From: Octopus vulgaris
Taxonomy: Eukaryota
Assembly (NCBI GenBank): GCA_951406725.2
Contig: OX597823.1
Span: 93,310,001 to 93,374,000, forward strand
Reading direction: 5' to 3'
DNA length: 64,000 nucleotides
Below the pieces are notes generated by a model, which was not told the DNA's origin, searched no databases, and worked only from the letters and a program-made list of their open reading frames with translations. Position 1 is the stretch's first letter; every line of letters starts with the position of its first letter. Below are positions 55,190 through 64,000 of the stretch, in pieces. Position numbers and translations under genes: made by a program.

Positions 55190-56750
55190 AAAGATAAAAT
55201 ATTTTTTATTTAAATATTTAAAGCCCTTAACCGGTTTCACAGTTTACACCGATTTTCAAACAATTCAAATAGAAAGAATTGGCTTATGTTGCAAATGTCT
55301 TCTTTCTGACTAATGTTTGAAGCTTGCCCTATTTTATAGAGATTTCATGGCTCAAATTAGTATATATTTGGAATAGAATTTGATTGGTCGAGGATTGTGA
55401 CATGACTGGTCTTAGAAAATTTTGTAGGTTCCCCTCTACGTCCGTGTGTTTGTACCAAGTGACAATGTTTGACGTCGTAAGTTAAGGCTGACATGGGTGA
55501 CTAAACAAGTCCAAACAATCAACGCTCTGAATATTTTCTGTCAAGTATTTGTAGAGAATGAACACATGATTAAGTTTATAACATTTTTACGTCTCCCACT
55601 ACGTCCGTGTGTTACTGTCACGTGACAATATATTTTGTGCCTAAAAAGAAAGCCGACACGGTAGAGTGAACATGTTTAGTTACAATCAAGGCACTCCAAA
55701 TTTAATGTCTGATGTGTGTGTGGACATGTAGTCCAGTGGCTAAAGTTATAGTTGTCAGCTGTGTAGGTTCTTCCTGTTAAGTGACAGAATGAGTTTTGTG
55801 TGTGAATAGTTGTGTGTGTACTCTGTTAAAATTTGTTAAGTCTTGGTTTGTTCTTTGTGTGTAAGTATTTTTGTTTATCCGTGCTTCAACTGTGGTATTC
55901 GCCGAACAAAGGTAGAGTGGGAATTTGAGAGACTTAGTTTTCGCACATATGTCTATGTGACCACTCTGTGGGATCTGCCTAGAACTGGGGCCCCGTATTT
56001 ACTATCGGTGTATGATCAATCTATTTCTTCGAGTAAACTTTGTTTAACCTATGTAATCTTCATTACATCCTTGGTGTTTGATTGCGTCTATTGAATTCCT
56101 TGAAGAACATGTAAAGTGATATTTTACAGTAAAACCTGCCCTGATTTGAATTTGTATGTTGTGTCTTCAATAAAGTTGATGCAGGTCCCGCAATTGGGGC
56201 GGCAGCACTTTTGGTGTAGGAATTGTGAAAGGTAATTTAGAACTTGTGAGGAATTTTTTGAGGGACTTTGTCTTTTACGTTTGATTAAATTGTGTATTTC
56301 GAATATTCGTTTCATTCTTGGGTCTTGTTTTAGTAGTGAGATGTTCTGGTGGATAATTTTGCAAACCTATGTGTTTCATGGGTTGTGTGCTAAAATAAAG
56401 GGTAGATTGTTGGATGTATCTGGAGCGTTCTTCGTTTTTCGTAGTTCTTCAATATTTATTGCTTAGGTACGTTCTATTCCGTTGTCTATTAGTATTAATG
56501 GATATTGTCTTTTAAGTAGTGCTTGTTTTAGTTCTAGGAGTCTTTTATTGCGAGTTTAAGGGTTTGAGATAGTTGTGCACACTCTTCTTGCTAGACTAAA
56601 AGGGATATTATTCTTCATGAATCTGAGTTAGTATGAGGAGAACAGTAACTATTGTATAGAATATGTTTGTTTGTAGTGAATGTCTGTTTCAATGTTTTAA
56701 TCTCTTATGATGATTAGTATATCCAATAATGGTAGATGAGTTTTACTGTA
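55190..56750 (-). mobile_element. Penelope-like element relic: RT thumb, GIY-YIG endonuclease and 3' region
   Basis: LPLLDILI..IETDIHYK..NIPFSLARRVC..LLKRQYP..KCCRPNCGTC..FTCSSRN.I.AI...GCNEDYIG*T..R...HR; many stops; 163-bp-period duplication at 55436/55599. Confidence 0.88.
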
Positions 56751-56759
56751 TTCTATCTA

Positions 56760-57355
56760 TCCTTAGCGCGTGTTTTGAAGAGTGCAGTTCGATTTTAACA
56801 GTTACGTTTTTCAAAGTAATAACGGAAGTGACAAACGGACATATTTAGCATATTTTACTTTATGAGTTCAATGAAGGCAACAACGCAACGCAAAGTACGA
56901 GGAATATTAAATACAGTATATTGGGATCGGATAATAAGTATAAGCCAGGGTCAACTGTGATTCCAGAAATTCCGAGCCGGAAACTACAGACTAGAAGACG
57001 AGCCTCGTCCTGGAATATCTGTAGAGCTTGATGAGGACGTCCTGCAAACCTTGGTGGAGCAAAATCACATCGTAACTGCTGAGGAACCCGCAGAGAAGCT
57101 TGGATTTAGTCAATCAATCATTCATCAACATCTAAGTGCCATCGGAAAAGTTAGAAAGATGAGTCAAAGGGTTCCTCATAAACTTTCCGAGTTTAATCGG
57201 TCGCAGAAAGTGAATGTCTGCTCTTCTTTGCTGTTCCATCGCAAGAATGAAACTTTTTTTGAGCAACTAGTGACTGGTGACAAGAACTGGGTTCTCTATA
57301 AAAATGTCAAGCACCGAAGAAAGTGGGTAGGGAAAGGAGAAGCACCGGCAACCAG
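56760..57355 (+). mobile_element. Mariner transposase N-terminal relic
   Basis: HILLYEFNEGNNA, FQKFRAGNYRLEDEPRPG, IGKVRKMSQRVPHKL, LVTGDKNWVLYKN. Confidence 0.9.
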
Positions 57356-57660
57356 GACATATGCGTCCATAATTGACCGTGGACAGTTTGATTTCGTTAT
57401 TTTTCTTCGTTTTTTTGCCGTATAATGAGTTACAAATACTGTTGTCGATGGAGACATATTTTTGTAGTAAAAGAAATAACAGCCCTCTGGCTGCTATTTC
57501 TAATACTTTCGGTATGTGGTCTAGCAACTTGTTGCAAAGACCATCATTGTTATAATTAGATATAATTTTACCGAATATGATCCTTTTTCATACCGAAATA
57601 CTACTTGATGAAATTGGTTGATTTTATTAAATTAATTATAGTTCACCCTTTATCTGTACT

Positions 57661-57703
<43 letters not shown>

Positions 57704-57777
57704 TCAATATAGACATATATATAAATCCACATATATATATATGTATGTATATATATAGATATATATGTATATATATA

Positions 57778-57975
57778 GTCGCCATGATAGATCGTTAGCC
57801 ACTACACACATTTTTTCTCTCATTGGTTCTCTCCTTGTTTTTTTCTGTGTACCTTTCTGTAGAAGAGCGTAGGGTCGAAACGTAAAATACATTTTCTATT
57901 CCTGAGCGTTATACTAATACATCTGTTTGTTTTGTACACAACCTGTCTTCGTCTTTTGTTTTTTTCGTAAACTTT

Positions 57976-57978
<3 letters not shown>
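57778..57978 (+). mobile_element. (TA)n-embedded element with hammerhead-like fold, sister family of 16573-16794
   Basis: uuu-CUGUAGA-agagc guag gguc-GAAA-cgUA-aaa at 57854-57887, then ttcctgagcgt and a T-rich tail into (TA)n. Confidence 0.65.
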
Positions 57979-58015
<37 letters not shown>

Positions 58016-58070
58016 ATGTATACGCATACATTTATGTGTGTGTATAAATTCACAAACATATATATATTAA

Positions 58071-58117
<47 letters not shown>

Positions 58118-58163
58118 ATGTATACGCATACATTCATATGTGAATATAAATTCAAAAAAAAAA

Positions 58164-58194
<31 letters not shown>

Positions 58195-58200
58195 TAGCTA

Positions 58201-58351
<151 letters not shown>

Positions 58352-59249
58352 GGATGTATATGCACACATTTATATGTGTATATCAAATCACAAACATTTG
58401 TATCTGCTAACTTTAAGTATTTATTATATCTCTACACTATAATCAGGCGTGCAAGTAACATACAAATATTCTCAGCGAGATCTTAATATAAAGCAACTCA
58501 AAATCCTGCATAAAAGTTAATATTTTATGTATTCAAAGTGACAGCTTAATACATTCAAGCATATATATGTGTGTGTGCTTATATGTGTATTTATATATAT
58601 TAATTTGTCTGTTATTCTTATATATGCATGTATACATGCTTATATACATTGTGTATAAGCGTATGCGTGTAGGACTACGTTTCCACTATTGGAATCTTTC
58701 TACTCCTTGTGTATATCCGCTGTCAAAATTTGAATACCCTTCCAGTAATATATGAATCTAGTAATCCATTTGATTTTGGACTTTCACCTTCTGTTGTGAC
58801 TTTTGATGTATTTCAACGGGGAACCACTGAGCATGCGTGAGCAGAAATCAAGGCAAACTGAAAAGGCTTGACTACATACTTTGCAGTTTCCCTTATTTTA
58901 CTTTCAAATAAAAATGTAAGAATCCCTTAATGCTGACAGCTCTCTTAATTCCCTTTCAGTGATTCAATATGGCGATGTCTTACAATGTTATTTCCTCACT
59001 TTTTTTCTGTAGTTGTTTTATTAGGTTGTTTAATTTTTTTTATTGTTCATGAACTACTGAAGCAGCGAAGTCAGTAATATTTTGTACATATCGTTTTGAG
59101 TTATGATGCTACCTCTAACATGAGTTCAAATTCTCTTGTTCCACTTCGACTTTCTTTCATCCTGGATAACTAAAAGTAAGTTGCAGTAAATATTACTCTT
59201 TTAGTCTTTTACTTGTTTCAGTCATTTCGTAATAATAATAATGATATTA

Positions 59250-59652
59250 AGGCGGCGTGCTGGCAGAAACGTTAGCAAGCCGGACGAAATGCTTAGCAGT
59301 ATTTCGTCTGTCTTTATGCTCTCAGTTCAAATTATGCCGAGGTCGACTTTGCCTTTCATCCTTTCAGGGTCGATAAATCAAGTGCCAGTTGTGTACTGGA
59401 GTCCATCTAATCGACTTGCCCGACCCCCAAAATTTCGGGCCTTGTGCCAAGGGTAGAAAGGAATATTAAGGCGGCAAGCTAGCAGAAACTTTACATCGAC
59501 ACCGGAACTCAACTGGTATGTATTTTATCGACCCCGAAAGAATGAAAGGCATAGAGGACCTCGACGCGATTTGAACTCAGAATGGAAAGATGGACGAAAA
59601 TGCCGCTAAACATATTGCCGGTTTCCGAGCGTTTCTGCCATCTCGACGCCTT
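59250..59652. mobile_element. SINE family M: plus copy 59250-59465, head fragment, and minus copy ~59495-59652
   Basis: ggcggcgtgctggcagaaacgttagc..; tttatcgaccccgaaagaatgaaaggc. Confidence 0.85.
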
Positions 59653-59912
59653 AGAAGAGTAAATAATAAAATTAACAATAAATTTGGTAGAAATAAGAAT
59701 AGAAGAACCAGCATAAGGCAAGTCAAAATGGTCGACAAGAGCCAAGACATGAATAACAGCAACACCATTGGAACGATGGAAGGGCAACATTTCACATTAT
59801 ACTTACTGGACGATAGGATTATCCGAAAGAATACGTAGCTACCGTACTAATTATGATTATATATATATATTTATGTGTGTGTGTATGCATATATTTATAT
59901 ATGTATATATAT

Positions 59913-59961
<49 letters not shown>

Positions 59962-59996
59962 CATACATACATACATAGATACATGCATACATATAA

Positions 59997-60126
<130 letters not shown>

Positions 60127-60365
60127 GTATATACACATACATACAGCTGCTAGAAAAGGTAGAAATCATACTACTGGTGCCAAGCGAAATAATTATGCTA
60201 CGAAGAGGAACCAAAATTCCAACGGAAATGATGCTTTCGAAATAGTTCATTTTAAGAGCAATTGTATAACTTAGTCAAATAATTGAAACAATAACAGAAA
60301 GAAAAGTGGTCATTCCAACAAGTTTAGCAATAACAATAATCATCGTGAGAACTGTATCTACCGTT

Positions 60366-60606
60366 CTCTTATTCTTTTAGTTGTTTCAGTCACTTGACTG
60401 CAGCCATGTTGGAGTACCGCCTTTAGTCGAACAAATCGAACACCAGGACTTATTACTTGTAAGACTAGTACTTGTTCTATGTGTGTCTTTTGCCCAACCG
60501 CTAAGTTAAGGGGACGTAAACAAACCAGCGTCAGTTGTCATTTGATGGTGCGGGGACAAACACAGAAACGCAAATATACACACATACACACGCACACACA
60601 AAAACG

Positions 60607-60649
<43 letters not shown>

Positions 60650-60814
60650 ACGACGGGTCTCTCTCAGTGTCCGTCTACCAAATCCATTCACAAGATTTTC
60701 GTCGGCCCGACACTATAACAGGATATTATTGACCAAGGTGCCACGCAGTGACACTGAACCCGGGATCATGATGTTGGTAACCAAGCTACTTACCACACAC
60801 CCACGCCTGCGCCT
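60366..60814 (-). mobile_element. SINE family B, full length with internal (TA)/(CA) tract
   Basis: Colinear with 62901-63322. Confidence 0.88.
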
Positions 60815-61013
60815 ATAGACACAAGACCTGAAAATATGGGTGAAAAGAGTGATCGATCACATCGACCCCAGTTCATGAATTTTGGAAGAGGGAGCCTTGC
60901 AAGTCTATCAGATAGATAGAAGACATTGTAGAAAATGAAGTTAAGTATATTTCAGAATAAAAAAGAACATTGGCTATCTTCATTTTGAAAAATAATAGAA
61001 GTATAAAAAAACT

Positions 61014-62540
61014 GCCAAGCCAAGCAAGCCATAGCGCTGACTGTGTTGTCGTAGCCTTGGACATTCAGCCCTATGGCGCCCAGAGCTCTGATGATCCTCA
61101 GCCGCTTTGGTGGACATTCGATTTTTTGGAGCAAGATGAAGAGGCCTTTTCTACTTACCAAGTCAAAGGCCTTTGTCCGATCAATGAAAGCCATATATAA
61201 CGGCATTTTCTGCTCTCTGGACTTCTCCTGAAGTTGGCGTATGGAGAATATCATGTCAATAGTTGATCTGCTTCTTCTAAAGCCACAATGCGATTCTGGA
61301 TAAATTCGAGAAGCAAGCAGTTGTAGCCTGGACAGGATAATGTGAGCAAAGGCCTTTCCAACAGTGCTTAGAAGAGATATTCCACGGCAATTGTTACAAT
61401 CACCACGGTCACCTTTGTTTTTGTAAAGCGTTATGATGTTAGCATCCCGCATATCTTGAGGGACTGTATCCCCTTCCCAGCACTGACACCGAAGCTCATG
61501 AAGGTGCCGAAGCAGGCTGGTGTTTTTGCCGGTTTTGATGATCTCTAAGAGGATGCCCTCTTTCCCCGGAGCCTTGTTACTTGCTAGAGAGTCAATAGCC
61601 TTGGTGAGCTCTGCTATAGATGGCAGACTGTCAAGTTCATACGTGACTGGCAAGATCTTGACACCCTCGATTGCAGCCTCAACTACCGCGGTCTCCCGTG
61701 AGTACAGATCCTGGTAGTTCTCCACCCATGTATCCATTTGCTTGCTTTGGTCCTTGATGAGATCTCCAGTAGTTGATTTCAGAGGGGCTGACTTGGTTGC
61801 GGATGGACCGAGCGCCTTTTTCAAACTGGCATACATCCCACGGGTGTCGCCACTGTCAGCAGCTGACTTGATACTCTGACAGATTTCCTGCCAATACCTA
61901 TTTGCACAGCCTCTAGCAGTCAGTTGGGTTTTATTTCTTGCCTTTCTGAGTTCTTCGAGTGACACTGTAGAAGAATCCCTCTTGTGTTGCATCAGAGCTG
62001 TACTCTTTGCTTCGATAACTGTTTCCAGCTTTGAGAGCCCAGCACTGAACAAAATCTGGGTTTTGCCTTTCTTTCATGCCGAATGTATCGATTGATGTGG
62101 TATATAAAGCTTCCCTGATATAATTTCACCTACTTTCAGCAGAGGAGGTTGGGCAGCTACTGAGGGCAACCTTGATAGAAACAGCAAAACATTCTCGCAG
62201 TGTAGGGTCCGAGGTTCTGCCAGTGTTAATGCGTGGTCGGTCCATTTTCTTGGAGTGATGGACTTTTTTAGGCAGAATCCTCACCCTGCTTCTTATTAGT
62301 GAATGATGTTTGTCACAATCCACGCTGTGGAAACAACGGGTCAGTTGAACAGAATTCAGAAAGGATCTTTGTGTAATAATGAGATCCAGCTCATACCAGT
62401 GGTAAGATCTCGGATGTCCCCAAGAGGCTTTGTGCGATGTCTTGTTGGCAAAGAATGTCTTGGTGATGCACAGGTTATGGTATGTGCAAAATTCAAGTAG
62501 TCTCTGACCATTGTCATTCATGTTGCCAATACCAAAAGAC
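61014..62540 (-). mobile_element. RTE-clade LINE fragment (APE endonuclease C-terminus to RT N-half)
   Basis: NDNGQRLLEFC..SWGHPRS..LDLII..DKHHSLI; KAPGKEGI, IITLYKNKGDRGDCNNCRGISLL, PESHCGFRRSRSTIDMIF, FIDRTKAFDLV; RT similarity ends ~61085, before the YxDD motif. Confidence 0.92.
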
Positions 62541-62650
62541 ATACACTTACATACATATATATACGATTGATTTATTTCAGTTCCTGTCCACGAAATCCAC
62601 ACGCACACACGCACACGCACACACACATATATATATATATATATATGTGT

Positions 62651-62686
<36 letters not shown>

Positions 62687-62770
62687 ATACACACAGACAC
62701 ACAAAGATAAATTGATAGATACAACTGAGTGGGCAAACAAAAATATGAGACACTGCATAGTGCTTTTTTT

Positions 62771-63117
62771 ATATTTTTATAAGCCTGGTACTTATTCTAT
62801 CAGTTTCTTCTTCTGAAACCAGTGTGTTATGGGGATGTAAATAAACGAACACCAGTTGTGAAGCAGTGATTAGGGAGAAAGACAATGACACACACATAGA
62901 CTTACTCTTTTACTCTTGTTTCAGTCGTTTGACTGTGGCCATGCTGGAGCATCGCTTTAATCGAGCAAATTGACCGCAGGACTTATTCTTTGTAAGCCTA
63001 GTACATATTCTATCGGTCTCTTTTGCCGAACTGCTAAGTTACGGGGACGTAACACCAGCATCGGTTGTCAAGCGATGTTGGGAGGACAAACACAGACACA
63101 CAAACATATATACATAC

Positions 63118-63161
<44 letters not shown>

Positions 63162-63508
63162 CGGGCTTCTTTTAGTTTCCGTCTACCAAATCCACTCACA
63201 CGGCTCTGGTCGGCCCGAGGTTATAGTAGAAGACACTTGCGCAAGTTGCCACGCAGTGGGACTGAAACCGGAACCATGTGGTTAGTAAGCAAGCTATTTA
63301 CCACGCAGCCACTCCTACGCCTACTTACATATATTCATACATATAAATACAATTGATTTCAGTTTCTGTCTACAAAATCCACTGACAAGGCTTTGGTTGG
63401 TCTGCGGCTATAGCAGAAGACACATGCCAACTTTCCACAGAGTGGGACTGAACTGAGGACCATGTGTTTTGGAACCAAGTTTGTTACCACACAGCAACAC
63501 CTGCACCT
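62771..63508 (-). mobile_element. SINE family B cluster: partial 62771-62875, full 62901-63322, head 63357-63508
   Basis: Head aggcgtaggagtggctgcgtggtaa..tttcagtcccactgcgtggc; tail gactgaaacaagagtaaaagagtaa. Confidence 0.9.
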
Positions 63509-63712
63509 ATGTATATATGTGTGTGTTTTGGATCGGTGTGTGTGTGTATGGGTGTATATGTGTATGCATGTATATATATGTATATATATGTGTACATATT
63601 ACATCTACATCTATATATACATCTAGACATACATGTTTACATATACATGTATATCTATAGAAATACATCTATACATATACATGTATACATATACATATAT
63701 ATATATAAATAT

Positions 63713-63767
<55 letters not shown>

Positions 63768-63849
63768 TGCATATTTACATACAATAGAGAGATGCTTTTG
63801 TTTCACTTTTAACACGTAATATTGAAGTAGTGGAGAAGATGTGATATTG

Positions 63850-64000
63850 CTGTGGGCTCGACCTAGGCAAGACGTTAAACATTTTTTTGCCCATGACACT
63901 ACATGGACCCTAAGAAAGGCATGTGTAAAATTTGAATGAAATTGGTTGCGTAGTTCTCAAGTTTTAGGGATTCACACAAACAGAGAGACAGACAGATAGA
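63850..64000 (-). mobile_element. Probable non-autonomous Helitron 5' region, cut by the window edge
   Basis: Minus strand tctgtctgtc..gaatccctaaaacttgagaactacgcaaccaatttcattcaaatttt resembles subterminal sequence of small Helitrons; terminus not visible. Confidence 0.5.

Overview
AT-rich, microsatellite-saturated metazoan DNA. The SINE repertoire and (TA)n/(TAA)n/(TATG)n load suggest an Octopus genome (inference, not database-checked). I found no convincing host protein-coding exon. Most ORF-track entries are microsatellite artefacts, and every recognisable protein fragment is transposon-derived. Contents: a young near-full-length R4/Dong-clade retrotransposon in a (TAA)n tract (42771-46560, minus) plus further Dong relics; RTE, CR1 and Penelope (GIY-YIG) fragments; a composite Helitron with a PIF1 fragment; six Tc1/mariner/maT relics; many copies of three tRNA-derived SINE families. 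Most interesting: (i) one SINE subfamily whose tail is joined at the same nucleotide to its own internal sequence at five independent loci, suggesting self-targeting or concatemeric RNA; (ii) ~150-220 bp (TA)n-embedded elements carrying minimal type I hammerhead-ribozyme folds, plus other hammerhead-like motifs; (iii) a 510-bp near-perfect AT-centred palindrome; (iv) two neighbouring Dong copies with reciprocal domain losses inside a cluster of TAA-associated elements. All alignments and coordinates were done by eye, and the boundaries of decayed elements are approximate.
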